DNA of 64,000 bases from an uncultured virus (IMG/VR IMGVR_UViG_3300034071_002938) (Duplodnaviria; Heunggongvirae; Uroviricota; Caudoviricetes), in the IMG/VR virus record IMGVR_UViG_3300034071_002938; one strand, 5' to 3'. Position numbers and translations under genes: made by a program. The notes below the pieces were generated by a model. The model ran no database searches, was not told the origin of the DNA, and worked only from the letters and a program-made list of their open reading frames with translations. This document shows positions 44,937-54,638 of the stretch, in pieces; positions within the stretch are counted from its first letter, which is position 1; each line of letters starts with the position of its first letter.

Positions 44937-45430
44937 TCGTGCTGACGTGTACAAACCGGGTTCACTCCCAGAATCCCATTGTGGAGATCCGCGTGTTCCT
45001 TGACCACAACCAAGCACGGCTTGGGGTGATCGACCATATCCTCTACAGGATTCGACAGGACTTCATCGAGGAGGACGTCAGGAGGCGAACCCTCGAGGCG
45101 ATCTCGGTCATGAAGTGCGAGCCCACAGACCCTGATGAGGTGGCGAACATCCAGGCCATCTTCGCGGCTTGTGGGTGGGAGTACCTCGCGACCTACCAGG
45201 CCTACGGCGCTCGTGCAGCTGGTGACGTGAACAAGATCGCGTCATCTCTTCTTTCACAGCCCGAGGGATTCCATATCCTCAACCCGGCTGAATGCAATGA
45301 GATGCTACGCGAGATCCATTCGATCATGGATGGTACGGAGTGGGATAGCGAGACGACCTCCGACATCGCCAACGTCTTCTGGCGTAGGGGTATCGCGCTT
45401 GCGAACAGTGATGAGGTTGAGGACAAATAG
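44933..45430 (+). CDS. Hypothetical protein
   Basis: GGAGG SD, ATGA coupling. Confidence 0.6.
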   Translation: MIVLTCTNRVHSQNPIVEIRVFLDHNQARLGVIDHILYRIRQDFIEEDVRRRTLEAISVMKCEPTDPDEVANIQAIFAACGWEYLATYQAYGARAAGDVNKIASSLLSQPEGFHILNPAECNEMLREIHSIMDGTEWDSETTSDIANVFWRRGIALANSDEVEDK

Positions 45431-45484
45431 CAGCGAAAAGGGCCTATTAGCAGGTGTATGCGGAAACCCCGCTAAGGAGGTCCT

Positions 45485-45673
45485 GTGAAACCGATCGTTG
45501 TGACATTCGAATCCGAGACCCATTTCATGAACGGGACCCCCTGCATGGAGGTCAAGGTCGTGGAGGGGCACCGGGCTGCACTGAAGTTGATCCGCGAGAA
45601 GCGGCTCGCTGGCCACTGTGCCGGAGTCTTCTTCGGAACGGTCCTTCCGCCGATCAAACCATCAACAACTTGA
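45485..45673 (+). CDS. Small hypothetical protein
   Basis: CCTATTAG motif and AAGGAGG SD, GTG start, terminator after. Confidence 0.55.
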   Translation: MKPIVVTFESETHFMNGTPCMEVKVVEGHRAALKLIREKRLAGHCAGVFFGTVLPPIKPSTT

Positions 45674-45713
45674 AGAGGAGAGGCCCCGTGCCTCTTCTTT
45701 TTTTGGATCAACC

Positions 45714-45890
45714 ATGACGGACGAAGAAATCAAGAGTCGGATCCGCACGTACGCCCAGAACAACCTGGCCAGTGATGATCTCGAGATCGAGGAAGGGGCA
45801 GACGTCAGCCTCAATGACGATGATCCTCCAGGGGCTTGGGTAGCCTGCTGGGTGTTCGTGGCTGATTACAAGTCACTCATGCGGCCGTAG
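45714..45890 (+). CDS. Small acidic hypothetical protein
   Basis: DDLEIEE.A.VS......GAWV.CWV.V pattern seen in small phage proteins. Confidence 0.55.
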   Translation: MTDEEIKSRIRTYAQNNLASDDLEIEEGADVSLNDDDPPGAWVACWVFVADYKSLMRP

Positions 45891-45901
45891 AAGGAGTAGT
45901 C

Positions 45902-46123
45902 ATGCGAAATATCCTGGATGTCATGAAAGAGATCACAGACAAGGCACCACACCTGACGGAGCCACTCCAGAAGGTTCGTGATGAGATCGAGCGCGAGGAC
46001 CGATACCTCGCTCCCGAACTCGCACGTCATCGCTGGAGGGAGGTTGCTGTTGTCCTGTCCAAGGAGTGCCCTGAGGGGCACAAAGACTACGAAGCAGTGA
46101 AGAAGATCTTCACAGGAGTGTGA
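45902..46123 (+). CDS. Small hypothetical protein
   Basis: AAGGAG SD. Confidence 0.6.
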   Translation: MRNILDVMKEITDKAPHLTEPLQKVRDEIEREDRYLAPELARHRWREVAVVLSKECPEGHKDYEAVKKIFTGV

Positions 46124-46125
46124 CA

Positions 46126-46734
46126 ATGGATCAGTTTTCAGGACCTCTTACAGCTCAGTACTACGGAAGCGTGCCGCTGACCGACATACTGAAGAAGATC
46201 GACGATGCCATCCCCAGCGTGACGAGCAGTTGGAATGACTACGTGACGCGAGACACTTGGGTGAAGCGATTCTCGTGGGCCATACCAAACAGCTTGGCGA
46301 TCTTGGCTATCCTGGACTGCGGGCCAGTGATTGAACTCGGCGCTGGGTCTGGGTACTGGGCGATGTGGGTGGAACTCTGTGGAGGAGATATCAAGGCATA
46401 CGATATCGATCCGAAGGGTGGGAGCAGCTACCTCGATGCGTCAGCCCCGAAACACTTCGCGGTGCAACCTGGGAGCATTGAGCAGCTTGAGAACGCGCGG
46501 CACCGTACCCTGATGCTCTGTTGGCCTCCCTACGCCGATGACTTCGCCCAGCGTGCGCTCGAGGCCTACCGAGGGGATAGGCTGATCTTCATCGGAGAGG
46601 GTTGGGGCGGATGCACGGCAGATGACACCTTCTTCGATATCCTCGAGACCAGGTGGGAGGAAGAGAAGTACATCGAGATTCCTCGATGGTCGGGGATCCG
46701 AGACAGCCTGAGAATCTACAAGAGGTTGAAATGA
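46126..46734 (+). CDS. Class I SAM-dependent methyltransferase-like protein
   Basis: FSWAIP, VIELGAGSGYW, AYD, LMLCWPPY, LIFIGE..GGCT. Confidence 0.75.
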   Translation: MDQFSGPLTAQYYGSVPLTDILKKIDDAIPSVTSSWNDYVTRDTWVKRFSWAIPNSLAILAILDCGPVIELGAGSGYWAMWVELCGGDIKAYDIDPKGGSSYLDASAPKHFAVQPGSIEQLENARHRTLMLCWPPYADDFAQRALEAYRGDRLIFIGEGWGGCTADDTFFDILETRWEEEKYIEIPRWSGIRDSLRIYKRLK

Positions 46735-46988
46735 AGCTTCTCAACAAAGAGTTGGTCGAGAGGGCTCCTGGGTACTGGGAGCTTGTTGAAGACGGCTTCC
46801 GATTCTGCGTTCGACGAGCAGAAGACAGCTTCAAGGCGTCTGTTCGCAGGGAGACCCCATTCACTGTTCTGCTCAGTGCTTGGGGCAAAACCCCAGAGGT
46901 TGCAGTCGGTAACCTCGAGGCGCAGGCGCTCGAGATGATCACGTATGCAGGCACGCTGAAGAAGTGGATGCATGGCCAATCTACTTAG
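46731..46988 (+). CDS. Hypothetical protein (G-x-T-P-E-x-A family)
   Basis: ATGA coupling; SAWGKTPEVAV. Confidence 0.55.
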   Translation: MKLLNKELVERAPGYWELVEDGFRFCVRRAEDSFKASVRRETPFTVLLSAWGKTPEVAVGNLEAQALEMITYAGTLKKWMHGQST

Positions 46989-47421
46989 TGTCGAGCAGCT
47001 GCGTCTGATCGCTAACCCAATATACCGGGCTGTTGTGATCTGGATGGAGTCTAAGCAGTGGAAACCAGTAGCAAGCTCAGAGATCTGGTCTCTGATGATA
47101 CAGCGCGGTCTGCCACGCGAGGGCTCCGATGTCCCTACCGAGAGGTGGGTCTTCATCGACTACGGAGCACTCTCGAAAGAGGATCAGCAACTCGCTCGAT
47201 CGATGGTCATCCTCCTCGTCGATTCGATCATTCTTCACATTCCAAGCAAGTACAGCCCCTCCACGAAGAATGCAGTTCACGGTCTCCTCAGGCACCCCAG
47301 CATGTGGGGAAACCTGGAGTGGCCTAAAGAAGTAGAGCCTCCGGTGGAGTACACCCAACGTGTAGACGCCGCGGGGCTCTGGGTGCCCGATGATGGCGAG
47401 CTTAAGGAAGAAGAGGCCTAG
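46972..47421 (+). CDS. Hypothetical protein
   Basis: 149 aa ending at a hairpin and U-tract. Confidence 0.55.
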   Translation: MANLLSVEQLRLIANPIYRAVVIWMESKQWKPVASSEIWSLMIQRGLPREGSDVPTERWVFIDYGALSKEDQQLARSMVILLVDSIILHIPSKYSPSTKNAVHGLLRHPSMWGNLEWPKEVEPPVEYTQRVDAAGLWVPDDGELKEEEA

Positions 47422-47436
47422 GCCCTTCTTTTTGCC

Positions 47437-47454
47437 CCTATAAGATCTTGGAGG
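47437..47454 (+). promoter_or_regulatory. CCTATAAG putative promoter plus SD (18-bp exact repeat, copy 3)
   Basis: CCTATAAGATCTTGGAGG. Confidence 0.65.
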
Positions 47455-47458
47455 ATCT

Positions 47459-47932
47459 ATGAAGACTTCAGATACGACGACCACGAAGACGCGGCTACGC
47501 GGACATCGGTATTTCATTGTAGATGAGCTTGGGAAAGAGAAGTCTCCGAGGTTGAGTATCGAAGGAACCTCGTCCGCATTGCGATTTCTGGAGAGCGCGC
47601 CCATGCGTAGCAATCCTAACTGTAGATGTGGCTGGAACGGGACCGGGGATCACCCCTGCCACTACAGAAACTACTCTTGTCGCGCACCAGCTACCCCTAG
47701 ATTCTATGAACCCAGCCCCAGGTACTCGTTGTCGGGTCAGCAGGACAAGCGGTCAGTCACGGAGACCTTCGCCTGTGATGCCTGCTGGAAGGAGTTTGTT
47801 GAATCCCGCAACCGGGCAGAGATCAGTGATATATTGATCGCCCACGGATATACACCAATGACGTACATGCTGATTCCGCTGGATGAGCGGGAGGCTCTAG
47901 CTAGGCGTCTGGCCCCAGAACGATTCAAATAG
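47459..47932 (+). CDS. Cys/His-rich hypothetical protein
   Basis: CRCGW...HPCH...C...CDAC. Confidence 0.6.
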   Translation: MKTSDTTTTKTRLRGHRYFIVDELGKEKSPRLSIEGTSSALRFLESAPMRSNPNCRCGWNGTGDHPCHYRNYSCRAPATPRFYEPSPRYSLSGQQDKRSVTETFACDACWKEFVESRNRAEISDILIAHGYTPMTYMLIPLDEREALARRLAPERFK

Positions 47933-47939
47933 GAGCGGT

Positions 47940-48317
47940 ATGACAAAAATGCTTGATCTGTTCAAGGAAGCGACTGCGAAGTTTCGAGGGATGTCTGGGC
48001 TGACCGAGGCCCAGTCCAAGGAGGTAGATCAAATCTACAGAAGGGTTTCAGTTGGCCTTACCCCAGAGCAAAGCAGGCCACTCAGGGACATCGTCAAGGA
48101 GCTGAAGTACAGCTACCAGATGGATCGGATCTCGGGCGACTTCGTCAAGGAGGCAAACAAGATCGCAGGATACGGCAAGAAGGCCGACTACCTCAGTCTC
48201 ATGCGTAGTTACGCCGCGGCTATCAAGGAACTGAACGAGTTGGTCCGCGCAGATAACATCGCTCAGTACCATGCTGCGTTCGACAGGATGACAGATGCGG
48301 CGGTCAACGCTCGGTGA
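47940..48317 (+). CDS. Helical hypothetical protein
   Basis: AGGAG SD. Confidence 0.6.
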   Translation: MTKMLDLFKEATAKFRGMSGLTEAQSKEVDQIYRRVSVGLTPEQSRPLRDIVKELKYSYQMDRISGDFVKEANKIAGYGKKADYLSLMRSYAAAIKELNELVRADNIAQYHAAFDRMTDAAVNAR

Positions 48318-48376
48318 TCTTGGAGGAGGGCGTAAGCCTTTTTCCTTTGCACCTATAAGCACATGATCGGAGGAAT

Positions 48377-49090
48377 ATGATCGTTGAAGATATGGTCGTT
48401 AGGAAGGTAGCTGTCGGGTATGACTCGTTTCTGCCGTCACTCAATCTGGTTTCTCGGACGGATCTCGGCTCGCCGCCAGTGACGTCGATTCTGATCCACG
48501 GACCCTCAGGCGCTGGAAAGAGTGTGATGGCCATGGATCTGGCAATCAAACTCGCAACGAGGGGTCCTACGCCAATCACAGATCTTCTTCTTGTAACAAC
48601 AGAGGCCTTGCCTTCGGAGATTGTTCTACAGCGGGCAGTGCTGAATGTGCCAAGTGACTCTGCTATCGAGTTCGTCTTGGATTACACCAAGGAACCTATT
48701 CGCGAAAAGTCCGTTGTGTGCTGGACGGGGATGCTGTCCAAGGCCCGCTTGGGGGAAGAATACACAGATGAGCTTGGGGAGATCTACGGTACGACAGCTC
48801 GGCGTGCTGTGGCGCGCGGTTCCCATTTGGGTGTGATGATTCTGGATGCGGTGTCTCCGGGTACACACAACGATCGGAATAACTGTGACGACGTGACGAA
48901 GTTCTGCATGATGCATGGAGTGTCATTGATCGTTGTCGCTGATGGGCCGACCCTCTATGAATCCTTCGCCGACGTGGTCATCAGGCTAGGGCGCGGATCA
49001 GCGTATCTTTCAAAGAACAGATTCGGTCCTGCGCCGGAGTACACGCATAGGTTTGATATCACAGAGGGTAAAGGGGTGGTGTTCCGATGA
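48377..49090 (+). CDS. RecA-superfamily (KaiC/RAD55/RadA-like) P-loop ATPase
   Basis: ILIHGPSGAGKS Walker A; TTE; MILD Walker B; ADVVIRL...L.KNRFG. Confidence 0.75.
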   Translation: MIVEDMVVRKVAVGYDSFLPSLNLVSRTDLGSPPVTSILIHGPSGAGKSVMAMDLAIKLATRGPTPITDLLLVTTEALPSEIVLQRAVLNVPSDSAIEFVLDYTKEPIREKSVVCWTGMLSKARLGEEYTDELGEIYGTTARRAVARGSHLGVMILDAVSPGTHNDRNNCDDVTKFCMMHGVSLIVVADGPTLYESFADVVIRLGRGSAYLSKNRFGPAPEYTHRFDITEGKGVVFR

Positions 49091-49794
49091 AAACGATGTA
49101 CGAACTTCTCAAGCAGTGTGCGATCTCCGGTGCAGACTTCGACGGTTACATCCCGCACGTCTTGAGGGAGCGTAACGACATGGCAAACCTCGAGGAGCTT
49201 GGTTTGGTGCGCCCAGTAGGTAAGGGGGTTTGTCACGAGTGCGCTGATGTAGCGCACAACGGATCTCCGACTGAAGGCCAGGTATATGCGGCTACTGATC
49301 TCGGTAAGGCTATGCTCGGGGATCTGCCGAGCACTGAACTACCTGGGTGGCTTTCAGATCGCATGTACAGCGGTAGTATCCTGCCTCGATTGATTCGTGG
49401 GCTACCAGGCCTTCCACAGTACAGGCTGAGCCCCATACTCAGATCTCTGGGCCGGACTCGCACAGTAAGTTGGCTGATGGGCAGCGGGTTCGCTTCTGCA
49501 AAACAGGCCTGGGACTCCGCTACGGAAAGTCAGCAGATCCTTGATCTGCTGGTCATACCATATGCCAGGTATGATGCGATCAGGTACCTCGGAGCTGAAG
49601 AGCTTCGTCGGATCTACTCGTTTGAGTACGCAGAGCATAGCCTGATCAGCTATGGGTTCCAGCACCAGTACCTCTTTGTTGAGCGCGATCCAGATAATCT
49701 GCTGTCGTCGGATTCACTGGTCTCTTTGTCTCGGTGGGATCTGCCTGGGGTACTGGCAGGTTACCCGCTTCTCGAGGCGTGGATACATTGGTGA
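49087..49794 (+). CDS. Hypothetical protein (wHTH-like N-terminal part; LxPIL-family C-terminal part)
   Basis: LEELGLV...Y..T..G..; RLSPILRSLG. Confidence 0.55.
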   Translation: MKTMYELLKQCAISGADFDGYIPHVLRERNDMANLEELGLVRPVGKGVCHECADVAHNGSPTEGQVYAATDLGKAMLGDLPSTELPGWLSDRMYSGSILPRLIRGLPGLPQYRLSPILRSLGRTRTVSWLMGSGFASAKQAWDSATESQQILDLLVIPYARYDAIRYLGAEELRRIYSFEYAEHSLISYGFQHQYLFVERDPDNLLSSDSLVSLSRWDLPGVLAGYPLLEAWIHW

Positions 49795-49846
49795 CTATTG
49801 ATGTCCCGTGGAGGAACCTGGGAACTGCAAAGATCGGAGCCCTGTC

Positions 49847-50134
49847 ATGGCGTATGTTGTGAAAGTTCGGACAGTCGAACGCACGGTGGGCGGCATAAAC
49901 AGTCGCATCAGTCCTACGGCCTATGTCACTGAGACACGGGTCATGCACATTGCAGAGCTGTTCTTGGATGACAAGGTCGTGTCCAGCAGCGGAGAGGTCC
50001 GTGGCGCTGATGCCGCGCTGCTTGCCCTGAGGGCAAAGGTGTTCGCGGGCTTGCAAGATCAGTACAACGGATTCTTGCGTGCACTAAAAGAAGCGCACGA
50101 AGACATTTCAACAGCCAATAGGAGTGTGGGATGA
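49847..50134 (+). CDS. Hypothetical protein
   Basis: GGAG SD. Confidence 0.5.
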   Translation: MAYVVKVRTVERTVGGINSRISPTAYVTETRVMHIAELFLDDKVVSSSGEVRGADAALLALRAKVFAGLQDQYNGFLRALKEAHEDISTANRSVG

Positions 50135-50826
50135 ACAAGCACGAGCAAGAGTTTCTTGAACTGGCGAAGAGGCTGAAGGCCGACAAACCCAAGGGCGGTA
50201 AGATCCCCAAGGGTGATAAGATCACAAACAATGAAAGGGTCAGGCTGGCTACGCTCTACAAGAACGCCACTGCCGAGCACTCGTTTACGCCGCAGTCCTA
50301 CCCACTCATCGACGCGTACTCGGAGATCTTTCCGATGTGGCGATACGAGATCGTCTTTGGCAACTACTTGAACAGCATCAGCTACTACTTCGGGGTGTTG
50401 GATAACCCTACCAAGATCGAGTTGCTGCGTCTTCACTGCCACTACATCGACCACCTCCATGCAACTCTGCTGTCGGTTCGCTGCGTCAAGGACTACCTTG
50501 AGTACCTGGCCGAAGGGACCCTCTGTACGTTCTCGCGGATCGATGGAGAGGACACGGTCATCGCCCAAAACTGGGTTGAGTCGGAGAGGGGTTGGGGAAC
50601 GCGCCCAGATGGGATCAGTATCCATCGCACAGAGCAGGAACGAGCAGACTATGTGAAGCGGTACTGGGATGGGATGCCGAATACGGTGCCCGACGAGTAC
50701 AGCAGACCCGAGGGTGATCCATATCGCCTTCCTCTCACGCTGGAGACCAACACCCTCATCGGTTGGGATGATGGTGTTCGAGTTTTCGGCGCCGACATTG
50801 CAGCTCTCACGGAGACAAAGAAATGA
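50131..50826 (+). CDS. Hypothetical protein
   Basis: AGGAG SD, ATGA coupling. Confidence 0.6.
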   Translation: MNKHEQEFLELAKRLKADKPKGGKIPKGDKITNNERVRLATLYKNATAEHSFTPQSYPLIDAYSEIFPMWRYEIVFGNYLNSISYYFGVLDNPTKIELLRLHCHYIDHLHATLLSVRCVKDYLEYLAEGTLCTFSRIDGEDTVIAQNWVESERGWGTRPDGISIHRTEQERADYVKRYWDGMPNTVPDEYSRPEGDPYRLPLTLETNTLIGWDDGVRVFGADIAALTETKK

Positions 50827-51488
50827 ACTACGCAGGACAGCGGGTTAGCCTGATCACTGATGCGTCCTACTACCGCGGACAGCACACCTCGGGAGAGGAG
50901 CCTTACTTGTCTCTCCAGGCCGGTCATCGCGGGACCATCCGGTACGTCCTCGAGGAGGAAGGTGCCACGGGAGTTCTCTGGGATGGCGCGAGTTGCGAGG
51001 AGATCAACAATGACAGGATCATTGTCATCCCGCTCGAGAATGAGAAGGAGGCCATGCAGGCTTGCTTCAGCAAGGCAGCGGCTGGGCTCAGGAAACAGTG
51101 GTGGCAGCGAAGTGGTATGTGGGAAGGGGCTCACTTCAACTGCTATTGGCATGTGGGCGGCAAGAAGTGCGGGATCGGCCACCTCTTGGACTTCGACAAG
51201 GTGTCGCGTCATGTGATCTCAGGAGTTGAGCAGAGCGATACCACCGCAGTTGCTCTCCGGCTCTTCGACCCATACATCCAGAGCTACCTGGACTTCAATG
51301 TCGACAGCCCAAAGCTGCTGACGCTTCTTCACCTGATCATGGTGTCTCACGACGATGGCACATCTCCGCGGGATATGAAGGAGCTGCTCATGCTCACGGC
51401 GAAGAAGATGGATCTCGATTCATTCCTCGTCGGAACAATGTACGAGGAGCCCTTGACCATTCGGTCGCTCTCTACCGGACAGTCATGA
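50823..51488 (+). CDS. Hypothetical protein (SH3-like N-terminal part; C.IG.L...HD C-terminal domain)
   Basis: ATGA coupling; C.......KCGIGHL...HD. Confidence 0.6.
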   Translation: MNYAGQRVSLITDASYYRGQHTSGEEPYLSLQAGHRGTIRYVLEEEGATGVLWDGASCEEINNDRIIVIPLENEKEAMQACFSKAAAGLRKQWWQRSGMWEGAHFNCYWHVGGKKCGIGHLLDFDKVSRHVISGVEQSDTTAVALRLFDPYIQSYLDFNVDSPKLLTLLHLIMVSHDDGTSPRDMKELLMLTAKKMDLDSFLVGTMYEEPLTIRSLSTGQS

Positions 51489-51877
51489 AGAAAAGGATCA
51501 TTGATCCCGAGGCAGCTGCGCTGGCAACCAGTACCGACAGGTTGAACGCAAAGCTGTTCGAAGCAGAGAAGGTCCTTCGAGACCTGTGTTTGGGCGTCGA
51601 GGGTTCGGTCCGGCTTGAACAAAACAGAGAGGACAACTTCCTGGGCTTCCACAAGATAGATAAGGGCTGGTCACTCGTCCTTATCTGCCATGGAGCCCTA
51701 GAGGGTCCTCCGCTCGTTAGCCACGTAACATCGGGATCGCGAGATCTGCGGATAAAAGCTGCCAAGAAGCTCGTGGATCTTCTTGAAGTTCTTCGATTGG
51801 AGGTTAGATCGAGCAGACTGCATGTCGATAGTGCAAACGATGCAGTGGATGCATTCTTGAACAGCGTACGTAGTTGA
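51485..51877 (+). CDS. Hypothetical protein
   Basis: ATGA coupling. Confidence 0.6.
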   Translation: MKKRIIDPEAAALATSTDRLNAKLFEAEKVLRDLCLGVEGSVRLEQNREDNFLGFHKIDKGWSLVLICHGALEGPPLVSHVTSGSRDLRIKAAKKLVDLLEVLRLEVRSSRLHVDSANDAVDAFLNSVRS

Positions 51878-51889
51878 TTGGAGGAACCA

Positions 51890-52645
51890 ATGAGCATTTT
51901 TGGGACTGAGACGCCTCGCTTTACCAGTGATGCAGAGCGGGATCGGGATGAGATGATGGCCTTCTTGATGAGGGTCTCGAATCACGGAGGTTCGATTGTC
52001 TCGACGGCTTCGCTGTCGACAATGGAGATCTCGGCCGCGCGCGCAACGGATAGGATGCTTGTCCTGCCGAACGGACTTGGCTTCGTTCATGTGCCAGAAC
52101 AGAAGGGCATCATCGGCATGTCGATCATCAACAGTGATGCCATTCGCAGGCTCGAACTCTACGGTGATGCAAACCCGACGAAGGAGGTTGCTGTGAAGGA
52201 TCAGCTCACTGAAGACTGCGATGGGATCGTGGCTTTCGTACGTGAAGAGATTGCGGATATCGATCCAGGTGTCCGCATACTCGTCTCCGGGCTGAGGCGG
52301 CTTGGTTGGGCCACCACAGATAGCGGGGACGGGTATTCGAAGGCAAAGGAGGATCAGACCATCGAGGGTGCTCACGTCTGTATCCGTATCGGCAGCATCG
52401 CTGCGGTACAGGATGCGATGCAGAATCTCATCGACAATCTCGAGAAGTTGTTTGAGGTCAGCTGTGACTACGAGATCACGGTCTCGTACTCATCAATGGA
52501 TGGACTCACTGTGCTGATTCTCTGTGGTGTCGATGACAACCACATCTCGAAGAAGATGGGCGCAGCGCTTGATCTGGCAAATCGGGCGAAGAAGCATGTG
52601 TTGTCTCCTCGGGCCTTCCGAGAACTTCTGGATGAGGTCTTGTGA
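51890..52645 (+). CDS. Hypothetical protein
   Basis: GGAGG SD; ID.G...LV..L...G..T..S..G motif. Confidence 0.6.
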   Translation: MSIFGTETPRFTSDAERDRDEMMAFLMRVSNHGGSIVSTASLSTMEISAARATDRMLVLPNGLGFVHVPEQKGIIGMSIINSDAIRRLELYGDANPTKEVAVKDQLTEDCDGIVAFVREEIADIDPGVRILVSGLRRLGWATTDSGDGYSKAKEDQTIEGAHVCIRIGSIAAVQDAMQNLIDNLEKLFEVSCDYEITVSYSSMDGLTVLILCGVDDNHISKKMGAALDLANRAKKHVLSPRAFRELLDEVL

Positions 52646-53079
52646 GCAAAACAACAAAGAGGATCATCTACATCGGGGAGCACAGGACGGAGAAGAACGT
52701 TCTGTGCTCCGTTTTCCTCAGTGCTGGCTTTCCTGAGGACTCAACTCAAAGCCTCTACCCAGTCACTCCGATCAAGAAGGGATTGGGCCATAAGCCTGTG
52801 GTCGGGATGATCTACGAAGTGGAGTGCACCAACAACGGCGCAACTATCCAACCCGGAACCATGAAGCCGGTTCAGATGTGGAAGGACAACCAGGACATCG
52901 CGCAATGGCGGATGGAGGAGGAGATCAGCAGGTCCCGTGAACTCGCGGCAAAGAAGTCGAAGCTCGATGCCGACCTCGGGAACCTCAGGCTTGTCGATAT
53001 CCGTGACGCCTATCGGCGCAACGTATTCCAACGCGAGCACTTCCTCGCCAAGGTCGTTGCTTACATGTGCAGGCTATGA
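52642..53079 (+). CDS. Hypothetical protein
   Basis: GTGA coupling. Confidence 0.6.
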   Translation: MSKTTKRIIYIGEHRTEKNVLCSVFLSAGFPEDSTQSLYPVTPIKKGLGHKPVVGMIYEVECTNNGATIQPGTMKPVQMWKDNQDIAQWRMEEEISRSRELAAKKSKLDADLGNLRLVDIRDAYRRNVFQREHFLAKVVAYMCRL

Positions 53080-53378
53080 GTATCGGGAGTCAGATCGAGG
53101 ACTTCTATGATGACCAACTCGCTCGCGCCAAAGAGCTGGTAGCCAAGAACCTCCTCGAGGGCTGGAGTATTGCCTTCTTCACTGGATGGGGATCAGCCAT
53201 CAAGGATCCTGAGGGTCAACAACTCAGGCATGGCGACAAGTGCCCCAAGAGTGTCGAGGACCTGGCTGATTTCGCGGACAAGATCATTGCAGTCGCGGGC
53301 GCCGACAATACTTGGGTAGCAGGGACCAAGAAGCGTAGGAAGCATGCCAAGAAAAATCCGACTGATCCCAATCCTTGA
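53076..53378 (+). CDS. Hypothetical protein
   Basis: ATGA coupling. Confidence 0.55.
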   Translation: MSIGSQIEDFYDDQLARAKELVAKNLLEGWSIAFFTGWGSAIKDPEGQQLRHGDKCPKSVEDLADFADKIIAVAGADNTWVAGTKKRRKHAKKNPTDPNP

Positions 53379-53700
53379 ACACCTCGGTGCGTGTAGACGA
53401 GCACTGGGCTGGCTTGAGGATCAGAAGTACGAGACCTTCGAGACAGCTATCAAGTACGCAAACCCAAGAGACGTGAGTTGGTTGTACAGCGTGCTTGATC
53501 GCGAGGGCTTCAAGTTCGAGGAAATCTATGCCGAGGCTCGGAAGGTCCACACAAATCGCGGACCAGTCTACGAGGGTACGCCGCGAAGTTACGTAGAAGT
53601 CCCGCAAAGCTACATGGATGTACTTCGGGCACATTGGATGGAACTCCAGAAAGCATTGATCGAATATGCCAAACGACACGACTGTCTTCACTACCGCTGA
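53344..53700 (+). CDS. Hypothetical protein (LxPIL..LGAC family)
   Basis: RLIPILEHLGACRRALGWL. Confidence 0.55.
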   Translation: MPRKIRLIPILEHLGACRRALGWLEDQKYETFETAIKYANPRDVSWLYSVLDREGFKFEEIYAEARKVHTNRGPVYEGTPRSYVEVPQSYMDVLRAHWMELQKALIEYAKRHDCLHYR

Positions 53701-54304
53701 GCACAACAAGCACGGCAGCAACGAACTTTCGCGGAGGATCGCCTACATTCACTGGCTGATTCGCCAGGATGATTACGAACAGCGCATTGAAGCCGCGGAA
53801 CATGTTGTCTTGCTGTTTCGCGAACAGATCGACATCAAAGCCTGGCACCGAAGCCAGTATGGAGTCGAGAACCACGCCGAGTACGACATCGTTGTTGCGC
53901 AACACAGGCTCAAGACGCAGCACATCTATGGACGAATCGGAACTCCAGATCAGGACTTCCTACTCCGGGAGTACAGAGACAGCCTGGCTGCACTGCATGA
54001 GCTTCCCTTCCACCCCAACAAGTACCTCGAGGCTGCGGAAGCCATCAGGGATTGCCTGAACCACAGGCTGACGCAGCAACCAAAGGTGTGGATCTACAAG
54101 GCAGATCCCAACTACGTCGTGTCCCTGGTCTATCCAGGAAAGGGAACTGCACCGCGGGCCGAGAATGAGCCCGTGGCTGTAGACCACAATACAAAGATCA
54201 ACCAGTTCCTTGGATGGACTACACACAAGGTACTGACTACACCTGAATACGAAGATCTCAAGGCTGGTAAGACTGTCGCATTGATCAGGCTTCCATCCTA
54301 CTGA
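53666..54304 (+). CDS. Hypothetical protein
   Basis: 212-aa ORF in operon. Confidence 0.55.
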   Translation: MPNDTTVFTTAEHNKHGSNELSRRIAYIHWLIRQDDYEQRIEAAEHVVLLFREQIDIKAWHRSQYGVENHAEYDIVVAQHRLKTQHIYGRIGTPDQDFLLREYRDSLAALHELPFHPNKYLEAAEAIRDCLNHRLTQQPKVWIYKADPNYVVSLVYPGKGTAPRAENEPVAVDHNTKINQFLGWTTHKVLTTPEYEDLKAGKTVALIRLPSY

Positions 54305-54347
54305 AGACACGTTATGTATTCGCTATGTATTCCTACATAGGAGAACG

Positions 54348-54638
54348 ATGACCAGACATGTGATCAAGTGCTGTGCACAGGGTTGTTCTGAGCAGCAGGT
54401 CGTTGATGCGGGGGAGGGGTATGAGAACTCCTTTGCCGCAGCTAAGCGTGTTGGCTACACGACGTTCCTGACTTCCGGAGCTACATCCCAACATCTCTGC
54501 CCAATCCATGGCAACAGACTCAAGGAGCTGATCGATAGAGTGATGGACATGCTTGGTACGAACGAAACCCGCTCCATGTCGCTCTATCTCGTCGTACAGG
54601 ACGTTCTTGCAGACAGGGCCAGACATGAGTCTCCCTAA
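54348..54638 (+). CDS. Zinc-binding hypothetical protein
   Basis: AGGAG SD; CC..GC ... A...GY ... HLCP.H. Confidence 0.6.
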   Translation: MTRHVIKCCAQGCSEQQVVDAGEGYENSFAAAKRVGYTTFLTSGATSQHLCPIHGNRLKELIDRVMDMLGTNETRSMSLYLVVQDVLADRARHESP

